DNA from: Tubiluchus corallicola
Taxonomy: Eukaryota > Animalia > Priapulida
Assembly: GCA_030141605.1 (NCBI GenBank)
Contig: JAQGDQ010001958.1
Span: 1-19,276, forward strand
Direction of reading: 5' to 3'
Length of the DNA: 19,276 nucleotides
Of the stretch, positions 1-10,696 are shown piece by piece. Made by a program: the position numbers and the translations under genes. The notes below the pieces were generated by a model. That model saw only the letters and a program-made list of their open reading frames with translations, was not told the DNA's origin and ran no database searches. The stretch's first letter is position 1. Each line of letters opens with the position of its first letter.

Positions 1-946
1 TTTACCTTACAAACTTTAAGACTGGGTCCAGTTTACCTTACAAACTTTAAGACTGGGTCCAGTTTACCTGACAAACTTTAAGACTGGGTCCAGTTTACCT
101 GACAAACTTTAAGACTGGGTCCAGTTTACCTTACAAACTTTAAGACTGGGTCCAGTTTACCTTATAAACTTTAAGACTGGGTCCAGTTTACCTTACAAAC
201 TTTAAGATTGGGTCCAGTTTACCTTACAAACTTTAAGACTGGGTCCAGTTTACCTTACAAACTTTAAGACTGGGTCCAGTTTACCTTACAAACTTTAAGA
301 CTGGGTCCAGTTTACCTTACAAACTTTAAGATTGGGTCCAGTTTACCTTACAAACTTTAAGACTGGGTCCAGTTTACCTTACAAACTTTAAGACTGGGTC
401 CAGTTTACCTTACAAACTTTAAGATTGGGTCCAGTTTACCTGACAAACTTTAAGATTGGGTCCAGTTTACCTGACTTACTTTAAGATTGGGTCCAGTTTA
501 CCTTACAAACTTTAAGACTGGGTCCAGTTTACCTTACAAACTTTAAGACTGGGTCCAGTTTACCTGACAAACTTTAAGATTGGGTCCAGTTTACCTTACA
601 AACTTTAAGATTGGATCCAGTTTACCTTACAAACTTTAAGACTAGGTCCAGTTTACCTTACAAACTTTAAGATTGGGTCCAGTTTACCTGACAAACTTTA
701 AGATTGGGTCCAGTTTACCTTACAAACTTTAAGACTGGGTCCAGTTTACCTTACAAACTTTAAGACTGGGTCCAGTTTACCTTACAAACTTTAAGATTGG
801 GTCCAGTTTACCTGACAAACTTTAAGACTGGGTCCAGTTTACCTGACAAACTTTAAGACTGGGTCCAGTTTACCTTACAAACTTTAAGATTGGGTCCAGT
901 TTACCTTACAAACTTTAAGATTGGGTCCAGTTTACCTGACAAACTT
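1..946. repeat. 31-bp minisatellite, ~30 copies, truncated by the window start
   Basis: Unit TTTACCT(T/G)ACAAACTTTAAGA(C/T)TGGGTCCAG; runs up to the donor of exon I. Confidence 0.98.
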
Positions 947-948
947 AC

Positions 949-1053
949 CTTGATTAAGTCATTTTCGCTCGTCAACATCTGAACGGTTCCTTTCAAGTCG
1001 TCAATCTCGCGGATGTACTGCTTACACCTGTCTCTGCATTTATCACACGCCAC
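949..1053 (-). CDS. Coding exon I (105 nt): VACDKCRDRCKQYIREIDDLKGTVQMLTSENDLIK
   Basis: Acceptor ttttcctgtttaatag|GTG, donor AAG|gtaagt; phase 0-0. Confidence 0.9.
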
Positions 1054-1209
1054 CTATTAAACAGGAAAAAACACGTTAAATAAGAACATACGTTAGAATA
1101 CATTAATTATTTGTTGATACAGGGTGTCTCAAAAGTCACTATACACTTTAATTTCTGTTTGTTTTTCTAATTTTCTTACCGATACTGGCAAGCTCTTACA
1201 TGAATCACC

Positions 1210-1711
1210 AAAGTCGCAGGTAAAAAAGTCAAGAGAAAAAAAGTCACAGGTAAAAAGTCACAGGCAAAAAGTCACGAGTAAAAGTCACAGGCAAAAAAGT
1301 CACAGGTAAAAAGTCACGAGTAAAAAAGTCACAGGCAAAAAAGTCGCGAGTAAAGAAAGTCACAGGAAAAAAGTCACAGGTAAAAAGTCACGAGTAAAAG
1401 TCACAGGCAAAAAAGTCACGAGTAAAAAAGTCACAGGCAAAAAAGTCGCGAGTAAAGAAAGTCACAGGTAAAAAGCCACAAGTAAAAAAGTCACGAGTAA
1501 AAAAGTCACAGGAAAAAAGTCACATGCAAAAAAGTTAGTTGCAAAAAGTCACGAGTAAAAAAAGTCACAGGTAAAAAGTCATGAGTAAAAAAGTCACAGG
1601 CAAAAAAGTCACAGGTAAAAAGTCATGAGTAAAAAAGTCACAGAAAAAAGGCACAAGAAAAAAGAAATAACCCTAACCCTGTTGAAAATTAATTGTGACT
1701 TTATTGCCTGT
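1210..1711. repeat. Degenerate ~16-19-bp tandem repeat (AAAAAGTCACAGGT / AAAAAGTCACGAGT) with a (TAACCC)2 motif and a terminal inverted unit copy
   Basis: Array ~1210-1660; taaccctaaccct at 1668-1680; tgtgactttattgcctgt at 1694-1711 is the reverse complement of a unit with one mismatch. Confidence 0.85.
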
Positions 1712-2286
1712 CAACAGTAAACCTCATTACAATCATTAAATTAAAATAATTCGTATTGACTAATGACGAAGAGGCACTCGAGAGGAGGGAATAAATGAAA
1801 TGAAAGTTATGCATTATTGACTGTTAGTTATAATGTGTTAGTTAGTTAAATTAGGTGCTGTACCTCTCAGATACTAAGTGTTCGGTTGTGATGTAGCGCA
1901 CACATGCGTTATTAATCATTGTTAGTTTAACATTATTTTAGGTTTATAAGCTTTGTTCCCTAAAAACTTTAAGTTTAACAAACACGGTAGAACTTAAGTT
2001 GCCACATTAGTATTCTGAAGAAATTCACTTTCGCATGTTTGTATACGTATTCCGTAATCTCTGTAAATATTGCTGAGACACGCCTGTAATAATTATGTAA
2101 CAGTTGAGCAACTTTTAATGTTTAAATTCTACAGCATGTAGACTCAGCATGTGTACAATCATTACTGGCCAACACACTGATGGTCAAAGACAAAACCTAA
2201 TTCACCCCCCAAACTTCTCCAGCCCCACTTCCCCAAGCCAGATGTTACACAAACAATTGCTACTAATGTAACGTGTCGTAACTCAC

Positions 2287-2418
2287 AAAGTCGTCAGTGA
2301 AAGAGCTAGAAACCAAATCCGGATCGATTTCCGTGGTTACGGATATCCAGCTTCCCAAATCCCTGGCAGTCGTCTTCTTCATCAGCCGTTCGTTCTTTAT
2401 CCGGAGTTTCTCGCACTC
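2287..2418 (-). CDS. Coding exon H (132 nt): ECEKLRIKNERLMKKTTARDLGSWISVTTEIDPDLVSSSFTDDF
   Basis: Acceptor gttttcttacag|GAG, donor TTT|gtgagt; phase 0-0; its second half breaks the coiled-coil pattern. Confidence 0.88.
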
Positions 2419-2507
2419 CTGTAAGAAAACGTGCGTCACTTTTAGCGCGACGATGCAAAGTTAAGTTAGAACACGTTTAAAACAAGCATCCGTCGGTCTG
2501 TTTATGG

Positions 2508-2790
2508 CAGTCAAAGAGCTAATTCATAAAGGACAGGCTGGAATACTCAATCTACTGACCGATGTCCACTCAAATGCTGCTGGGAGAACTTTTTTCATAA
2601 AAAAATAAGCAAACTGAGCAACTCTGCTGACTCTGTTACAACCTAAAATAGCATCCATAGGTCAGTCAGAGAGCTAATTCATAAAGGACAGGCTGGAATA
2701 CTCAATCTACTGACCGATGTCCACTCAAATGCTGCAGGGAGAACTTTTTTCATAAAACAATAAACATACAAAGTGATTCTGCTGACTCTA
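2508..2790. repeat. Direct duplication, period 155 bp
   Basis: gagctaattcataaaggacaggctgg...ttttttcataaaa starts at 2516 and again at 2671. Confidence 0.92.
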
Positions 2791-2899
2791 AGCTACAACA
2801 CAGATACAATCTTCTTTGTTAGGCTGTCCCGGGTGGTGCTAGGTGCGATCCACTGTCTCTACTACTGTTGCTAGACTGGATTCACTAGAGTAGCCTTAC

Positions 2900-2998
2900 C
2901 TTGTACTTATTTTCAAACTCAGTCCGCGCCATGGTTAGTCGCTCTCTCATGTCTTGATTGTCCCTCTCCAAATCGGTCTTCTCTTGTTGTAACTTTTT
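2900..2998 (-). CDS. Coding exon G (99 nt): KKLQQEKTDLERDNQDMRERLTMARTEFENKYK
   Basis: Acceptor tctcttttctag|AAA, donor AAG|gtaagg; phase 0-0. Confidence 0.92.
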
Positions 2999-3283
2999 CT
3001 AGAAAAGAGATATGGGAAATCTTTACAATGAACAAGACGAATATCTCAGTGCAATTCAAGATGCCAAAGATGCACAAAAGGTACCAGAAATGTAGAAAAT
3101 CCTTATAAACACGTAACTGAAATATTTTCTAGGCTTTTGAAAACAATCGACTATCTATTGAAACCAAAGTTCGGATCCTTTCAACTTTAGTTGAACCTGT
3201 GCCTTTTGTACAGTGTTAAGCTATGGACGATAAAAGTTAAACAGCAGAAGGAAATTGATGTTTCTATAGAAAATCATTACGTA

Positions 3284-3877
3284 CTAGCAAAGGCCCCGTA
3301 AAAAATTTTGCATGTGAAAACACTTATAATCAATAACACGCGAACATTCTACCTAGTGCTCGTTTATTCACCGAAAGCAAAGACAACAGCAGCTTTTACT
3401 GAATTAAAGTTATAAGCTTATAGACAGAGTATAATGGATGACGTCAGAACAATGGCTTTGCGTCAGCAGTCTTCCAAGCAAAAAACGCCAGAAATGGAAC
3501 CTTCAATCAACTCATCACAGCACCTCAGGGTGGAGGCGTACTAAAACATAGCCCACACCATCTTGTAGCCCTGTTCCTGCTCTTTCTAAAGAACTTTATA
3601 TATCTCCTTCTGAGAGTCCTACCAGGCGCCGCTAGAACATTTTTTCCGCATGCTGTTTGGTCAAAATTTCGAAAAAATCGGGAGTTGGGTCCGGGAAAAC
3701 ACCCGTTACACGTCGTGGCCCTCTCGTCAATTCTAAATAGGCCTACTACACCCACCGTTGAATGGACTATCTATCCAAGGCTAGCACCACCAGAGGCCCG
3801 TTCCCGTTCTCCAGTATAAGTTCTGCAAAAAACGGCCATTTTTTTGGCCCATCGAGACCTTTCGTTTGATATATAGA
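3284..3877 (-). mobile_element. Possible degenerate non-autonomous Helitron
   Basis: Minus strand reads A|TCTATATATC at 3877 and ends ...ttttacggggcctttgCTAG|T at 3284, i.e. TC...CTAG termini in an A|T site. The subterminal hairpin is only imperfect. Confidence 0.3.
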
Positions 3878-4216
3878 TCGCCGCAAATAGTGCTGTCGTT
3901 AGAGCTGTAGTCCCAAATCCTATATATATAAATACAGGAGGGGTTTCAGCTACTGATGTACAAAAACATTTAGTAAATACAACTCTAGACGTAAGGGATG
4001 ATGCTTCGTGGGAGGGGCAGCGGACGGGAAGGCGTGGCACGAACAGGTGGGACGCACCATGTTTTGTTAGAACGTAGCAGCACCTAAACGACGCCGATGA
4101 CGACAGATTACTTTTCAAAAGTAACGAACCCGACACGGTAAATCGCAACATCACCGATTTCTACACCTGATTTCACGATCCGACAAACAACCGATTTGCA
4201 TTTTCACCAATCTTAC

Positions 4217-4402
4217 CATTTTGCTCAACTCCTCCTGCATTGCTAGCTGTTTCTCTTGCATTTCCTTGTGCTTAGACTCCATTCCGATCTTGAACTGAGT
4301 GAAAGCGTACTCCGCTCCGGCGGATTCCTGCTCCTTCTTTGTCTTGTAAGCGTGAAATTCTGAGGCTTTCTTTTCATATTCTTTTACTGAGTTGTCAGCT
4401 GC
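4217..4402 (-). CDS. Coding exon F (186 nt): AADNSVKEYEKKASEFHAYKTKKEQESAGAEYAFTQFKIGMESKHKEMQEKQLAMQEELSKM
   Basis: Acceptor ctttccattttccag|GCA, donor ATG|gtaaga; phase 0-0. Confidence 0.93.
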
Positions 4403-4483
4403 CTGGAAAATGGAAAGTCACAACATCAGTTTAACCCTTTCACTCACATTACATTAAATAGGCAGCTTAACTGCCATGAAGCC

Positions 4484-5990
4484 ATTGTTTCACAACCAGG
4501 TTAGTACTACATGAAACTGTTTCACAACTAGGTCAGTACTACATGAAATTGTTTCACAACTAGGTTAGTACTACATGAAATTGTTTCACAACCAGGTTAG
4601 TACTACAAGAAATTGTTTCACAACCAGGTTAGTACTACACAAAATTGTTTCACAACTAGATTAGTACAACACGATATTGTTTCTCAACTAGGTTAGTACT
4701 ACATGAAATTGTTTCACAACCAGGTTAGTACTACATGAAATTGTTTCACAACCAGGTTAGTACTACATGAAATTGTTTCACAACCAGGTTAGTACTACGT
4801 GAAATTGTTTCACAACCAGGTTAGTACTACACAAAATTGTTTCACAACCAGGTTAGTACTACATGAAATTGTTTCACAACCAGGTTAGTACTACACGAAA
4901 TTGTTTCACAACTAGGTTAGTACTACATGAAATTGTTTCACAACCAGGTTAGTACTACACGAAATTGTTTCACAACCAGGTTAGTACTACACGAAATTGT
5001 TTCTCAACCAGGTTAGTACTAAAAGAAATTGTTTCACAACCAGGTTAGTACTACGTGAAATTGTTTCACAACTAGGTTAGTACTACATGAAATTGTTTCA
5101 CAACCAGGTTAGTACTACACGAAATTGTTTCTCAACCAGGTTAGTACTACATGAAATTGTTTCACAACCAGGTTAGTACTACATGAAATTGTTTCACAAC
5201 CAGGTTAGTACTACATGAAATTGTTTCACAACCAGGTTAGTACTACACGAAATTGTTTCACAACCAGGTTAGTACTACATGAAATTGTTTCACAACCAGG
5301 TTAGTACTACACGAAATTGTTTCACAACCAGGTTAGTACTACATGAAATTGTTTCACAACCAGGTTAGTACTACATGAAATTGTTTCACAACCAGGTTAG
5401 TACTACATGAAATTGTTTCACAACCAGGTTAGTACTACGTGAAATTGTTTCACAACCAGGTTAGTACTACATGAAATTGTTTCACAACCAGGTTAGTATT
5501 ACATGAAATTGGTTCACAACCAGGTTAGTATTACATGAAATTGGTTCACAACCAGGTTAGTACTACGTGAAATTGTTTCACAACCAGGTTAGTACTACAC
5601 AAAATTGTTTCACAACCAGGTTAGTACTACATGAAATTGTTTCACAACCAGGTTAGTACTACATGAAATTGTTTCACAACCAGGTTAGTACTACATGAAA
5701 TTGTTTCACAACCAGGTTAGTACTACATGAAATTGTTTCACAACCAGGTTAGTACTACATGAAATTGTTTCACAACCAGGTTAGTACTACATGAAATTGT
5801 TTCACAACCAGGTTAGTACTACATGAAATTGTTTCACAACCAGGTTAGTACTACGTGAAATTGTTTCACAACCAGGTTAGTACTACACAAAATTGTTTCA
5901 CAACCAGGTTAGTACTACATGAAATTGTTTCACAACCAGGTTAGTACTACATGAAATTGTTTCACAACCAGGTTAGTACTACACGAAATT
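4484..5990. repeat. 32-bp minisatellite, ~47 copies
   Basis: Unit GAAATTGTTTCACAACCAGGTTAGTACTACAT; internal dyads TGAAA-ttg-TTTCA and TAGTACTA; minus strand carries TACTAAC. Confidence 0.98.
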
Positions 5991-6326
5991 ATCTCAAGGT
6001 CGCTTCATACAGGGCTTGGCTTCCACTACACATTGTTTAACTGCTAGCTGCCTATATTTAGGCTTCAATGTGAAGGAAAGAGAAAAGCTAGCAAGTCTAG
6101 TTAGATATCGTAGAAAGATAGGTGGTTTAAAGCAAACAGAAAGAAATTCATCAGTAGAAATACGAGTAAAACACATAAAACTTTTGATGTATATGATTTA
6201 AGCAGCATTGATTTTTGCTTCTGGAACATATCTCAATTCTTTTACATTACTTGCGATGGCAGTCTTGGCTTCGTTTAACGACGTTTCGCTTAATGTCGCG
6301 TTTCTGCGAGACGCATTAGCATCGTC

Positions 6327-7549
6327 AAGCGAGGACTTACTATAGACGTAGAGGTTTTACGGTGCTGAGTTAGACTGCAGATAGACCGTACCTTAAGCGA
6401 GGACTTACTATAGACGTAGAGGTTTTACGGGACCGAGTTAGACTGCAGATAGACCGTACCTTAAGCGAGGACTTACTATAGACGTAGAGGTTTTACGGTA
6501 CCGAGTCAGACTGCAGATAGACCGTACCTTAAGCGAGGACTTACTATAGACGTAGAGGATTTACGGTACAGAGTCAGACTGCAGATAGACCGTACCTTAA
6601 GCGAGGACTTACTATAGACGTAGAGGATTTACGGTACAAAGTCAGACTGCAGATAGACCGTACCTTAAGCGAGGACTTACTATAGACGTAGAGGTTTTAC
6701 GGTACAAAGTTAGACTGCAGATAGACCGTACCTTAAGCGAGGACTTACTATAGACGTAGAGGTTTTACGGTACAAAGTTAGACTGCAGATAGACCGTACC
6801 TTAAGCGAGAACTTACTATAGACGTAGAGGTTTTACGGTACAGAGTTAGACTGCAGATAGACCGTACCTTAAGCGAGGACTTACTATAGACGTAGAGGTT
6901 TTACGGTACAGAGTTAGACTGCAGATAGACCGTACCTTAAGCGAGGACTTACTATAGACGTAGAGGTTTTACGGTACAAAGTTAGACTGCAGATAGACCG
7001 TACCTTAAGCGAGGACTTACTATAGACGTAGAGGTTTTACGGTACCAAGTTAGACTGCAGATAGACCGTACCTTAAGTGAGGACTTACTATAGACGTAGA
7101 GGTTTTACGGTACCGAGTTAGACTGCAGATAGACCGTACCTTAAGCGAGGACTTACTATAGACGTAGAGGTTTTACGGTACCAAGTTAGACTGCAGATAG
7201 ACCGTACCTTAAGCGAGGACTTACTATAGACGTAGAGGTTTTACGGTACCGAGTTAGACTGCAGATAGACCGTACCTTAAGCGAGGACTTACTATAGACG
7301 TAGAGGTTTTACGGTACAGAGTTAGACTGCAGGTAGACCGTACCTTAAGCGAGGACTTACTATAGACGTAGAGGTTTTACGGTACAGAGTTAGACTGCAG
7401 ATAGACCGTACCTTAAGCGAGGACTTACTATAGACGTAGAGGTTTTACGGTACCGAGTTAGACTGCAGGTAGACCGTACCTTAAGCGAGGACTTACTATA
7501 GACGTAGAGGTTTTACGGTACCGAGTTAGACTGCAGATAGACGTACCTT
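6327..7549. repeat. 68-bp minisatellite, 18 copies
   Basis: Unit CCTTAAGCGAGGACTTACTATAGACGTAGAGGTTTTACGGTACCGAGTTAGACTGCAGATAGACCGTA; the last copy overlaps the donor of exon E. Confidence 0.98.
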
Positions 7550-7663
7550 TGTAAGTTCATCGTACGACTTCTGCAGCTCTGCTTTCTGTCTGCTGGTTTC
7601 ATTCAGCAGCTGCTGTAACTCTGCGTTGTGTTTGGCTTCGTCCGCCGCCCTTGACGTGGCTCT
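7547..7663 (-). CDS. Coding exon E (117 nt): RATSRAADEAKHNAELQQLLNETSRQKAELQKSYDELTK
   Basis: Acceptor tgtttttgtttgcag|AGA, donor AAG|gtacgt; lies within track ORF 7526..7720. Confidence 0.92.
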
Positions 7664-7761
7664 CTGCAAACAAAAACATGGAGATGAACATTTTCCGCGA
7701 GAAAGTGAAGTCGAATTCAATCGATTTTTTGACTTTCCAGTTCCGAAACCAAAACGAATTT

Positions 7762-7961
7762 CAAAATAAATTTTCGAACCGTGAATAAAAAGTGGTCTAG
7801 CAAAGATAGTGCATATTGCCTGACTTTGTTTTACAGAAAAACACTGAAACCAAATTTGAATTCAGTTTTAAAGGTTTTCAAATAAATTTTCCAACCGTGA
7901 ATAAAAAGTGGTCTAGCAAAGATAGTGCATATTGCCTGACTTTGTTCTACAGAAAAACACT
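7762..7961. repeat. Direct duplication, period 116 bp
   Basis: aaccgtgaataaaaagtggtctagcaaagatagtgcatattgcctgactttgtt at 7777 and 7893; explains the two ORFs starting MPDFVLQKNT. Confidence 0.9.
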
Positions 7962-8109
7962 AATAATTGTTTCAAAATTGTTCGCAGAAATCACAGCTAT
8001 CATACTAATTATCAGAACGTAAATAACAACATACACATATATGCTTATAGAATACAGTCTTTTTTATATATAACAGTGTACTTATATCATATATCTGCTT
8101 GCAAATCAA

Positions 8110-8460
8110 AACCATCCAAAAGTCGGCATAGATAAAACTACGTTATGATGATTCAAAGAAGAATGGCCCAAAAATGTGGTCGAATTTCATCAATTTTTTG
8201 TTTTTTATAAAAAACAAACGTTAAATATATTGGATTTTTATATTCTAGCATCAAATTATTAAGAAAATGTTCAAAAAATAGCAAAAAACCGTCCAAAAGT
8301 CGGCATAGTTAAAACTACGTTATGAGGAGATTCAAAGTAAAAAGCATCAAAAATTTGGTCAAATGTCGATTTTTTATTTTTTATGAAAGCAAATGCTAAA
8401 TATATTGGACTTTTATATTCTAGCATCAAATTAACAGAAAAACGTCCAAAAAATACTAAA
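8110..8460. repeat. Diverged direct duplication, period ~177 bp
   Basis: tccaaaagtcggcatag.taaaactacgttatga at ~8115 and ~8292; taaatatattgga.ttttatattctagcatcaaatta present in both copies. Confidence 0.88.
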
Positions 8461-8942
8461 AATCTAATTTTATAACTCCTTACTCACTTTTCTGTCTAGA
8501 AACTAGTACTACAATTGTAAAAAAAACTTGTATTTTCTAACTCCAATTGTAGCTCAATGAAGCAGGTCTTCGCCGGGAGGTGCCACCTACTGGACTTAAA
8601 TATAACTTCAATATGTTCTTGCAAAGTCCGTAGCAACCAACATCCTTGCGGTTGCTAAATGTTTTGTAGAAAAGCGACAAAAAACAATGGCTAACTTTAA
8701 CAGTGATTTCCTCAAGGTTATGTTTTTCAGTGCGTAGCCTGCATCTCAACTTCAACGTGGATTATCTCAGCTTAGAAATAACATAGAGTGATGAACTTGG
8801 TATCAAAATGATCCTCATGAAATGGAGATTCGGGATATGTGAATAACTAGAAAAACTTAATTGCCGACTAATGAACGATTTCGTTATGCAAGCATACGCT
8901 TGATATACTGACTGTCTATTTTTATGTACGGTCTACTTAAGA

Positions 8943-9423
8943 CAGGGGTGTGCAAATTGCGGCCCGCCGAGAGAATTTGTGCGGCCCGCGAAGAGATTTG
9001 TCAAGCTAATGAAAGTGCGGCCCGTGCGATTAATTCAGTGTATCCAGCTGAAGTCCATGCCACGATCCCAAAGATAGTGCGGGTAGTTTTTTCTACTAGA
9101 TTGGATGCCAGTAACCCTTACAAGACGGTTGTAGCTTAATGTCACTGTACTACACAGACTGTGTGATACACATTACTAATATGCATTGTAATGAAATTAC
9201 CACTATCTGTCCTGAAAGTAGAAATATATGGTTTGTAATATAAATTTTAATAACTTCTAAAATAGTTTCTTGAGTGTAGTAGTAATGATGTACGCAGGTC
9301 GGATGCAAAAAATCGTTATTAGGTCTTTCTGTACTTGGCTCCTTGATCAAACTGCCTGTGGCCCGCAGGAATTGCGGGAAAGTTTAATGTGGCCCAGCTA
9401 GTCAGATAATTTGCACACCCCTG
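8943..9423. mobile_element. Non-autonomous hAT element (Buster/Charlie-like MITE), 481 bp
   Basis: Perfect 16-bp TIR CAGGGGTGTGCAAATT; perfect 8-bp TSD ACTTAAGA (8935-8942, 9424-9431; nnnTAnnn pattern); subterminal GCGGCCCG motifs. Confidence 0.95.
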
Positions 9424-9517
9424 ACTTAAGATAATCATGATATGACATATCCTAACTTATTATTAACGACATACGTCTCCAAAGAGAAATTTGAATGAAA
9501 AGTCAACCATGGCGTAC

Positions 9518-9643
9518 CTCTAAATCAGAGGATATTTTTGCCTTGAACACTTCGTAAGTTCGGATGTCCTCGGTCAGACGACGTTTACACTCTTCGAGAG
9601 CCTCGAGTTTATCTTCGCTGTTCTTGTGTTTTTCTTCCATTTC
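9518..9643 (-). CDS. Coding exon D (126 nt): EMEEKHKNSEDKLEALEECKRRLTEDIRTYEVFKAKISSDLE
   Basis: Acceptor ttcctgttttcgtcaag|GAA (AAG type), donor GAG|gtacgc; phase 0-0. Confidence 0.88.
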
Positions 9644-9874
9644 CTTGACGAAAACAGGAAAAATAAAGTTGTAAATTATTAAATTTGAACGACATTTAAT
9701 TTAGTTAGAAGTTATAAGCAGTGAAATAGTTGCATCGCATTGGATGGATTTGTAGGTTTAAAAGAAGATTTGCTAAGCAACAGTCAATATCTTGAACGGT
9801 TAAAGGGCAAGAATACACAATTTTTCATCTTCGACAGGAGTCTCTTCGTTGCCTTGAAAAACCTAAAGGCAAGT

Positions 9875-10127
9875 ACACTCACGCACGCACGCACACACAC
9901 TCACGCACGCACGCGCGCGCGCGCGCACACGCACACACACGCATGCACACACACGCACCGCACCGAACACGCAGGCACGCACACACACAAATGTTTGTTT
10001 GTTTGTGGAATGTAGCATAGTTTCATACCAATCAAGATATGTAATGTATAAGGTAAATTGTTAAATTATCTATACACACACACACGCACACACACATGCA
10101 CACGCACACACACACGCACACACACAC
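9875..10127. repeat. Two imperfect (CA)n/(CACG)n microsatellites (9875-9989, 10073-10127)
   Basis: Directly visible. Confidence 0.95.
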
Positions 10128-10473
10128 CCTATCAGTAAGTAATAATAAAAAAGCCTGATTCAACTGTTTACATCGACAGTTTTAAATTCTGACAAATATC
10201 AAATAATAATCATAGACAAAAAAGTAAAGTTAATTTGAATTCATGTGCAGCGAGTTGCAATTGCATCAGCTCAGATTTCCCAATATACTCCACTGCACAG
10301 ACATGCACCTCAGCTTCACTTGTGACTAAACGGCATCGTAGCTTACTTGGCATTAATTTTTTGCGCTTACAAGGTACAGCGCCACAACAGACATAAGATT
10401 CGCGTAAGCGCACGTCTGTCGAGTGAGAGTAAAACCACGGTGAAAGTCTCATTGGAATTTCTCATCATTGCTG

Positions 10474-10696
10474 ACACACGAGCACAAGAAACACTTTTCA
10501 TAAATAAAGCTTAAAAAATCACTGTACATGCTGTCTTACTGTATACAGGGCTTGCATTAGCAGTAACACTGTATAAAAATCATCTTGAGATTTTGTATCA
10601 CTGTACATGCTGTCTTACTGCATACAGAGCTTGCATTAGCAGTAACACTGTATAAAACTCTTGAATTTAAACTCCCGCGATGACCGTTAGGCGCAG
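10474..10696 (+). repeat. Dispersed repeat copy 1, with an internal 79-bp duplication; homologous to 14339-14493
   Basis: Shared blocks acacgag, ataaagcttaaaaaa, agggcttg, tgtataaaact, aatttaaactcc, gatgaccgttaggc.cag; internal duplication starts at 10518 and 10597. Confidence 0.8.

Noticed and set aside
1668-1680. Interstitial telomere
   Set aside because: Only two TAACCC units; better explained as part of the adjacent repeat element.
3525-4154. ORFs of 76 and 127 aa in a GC-richer intronic stretch
   Set aside because: No recognisable domain and no compatible splice sites; probably decayed repeat sequence.
1-7549. 31-, 32- and 68-bp arrays as CRISPR arrays
   Set aside because: Units are head-to-tail with no unique spacers, there are no cas genes, and the context is eukaryotic introns.
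9756-9868. Plus-strand exon-like segment (tgtag|G...AAAG|gcaagt) in ORF 9740..10015
   Set aside because: Weak acceptor, GC donor, and no partner plus-strand exons found in the window.
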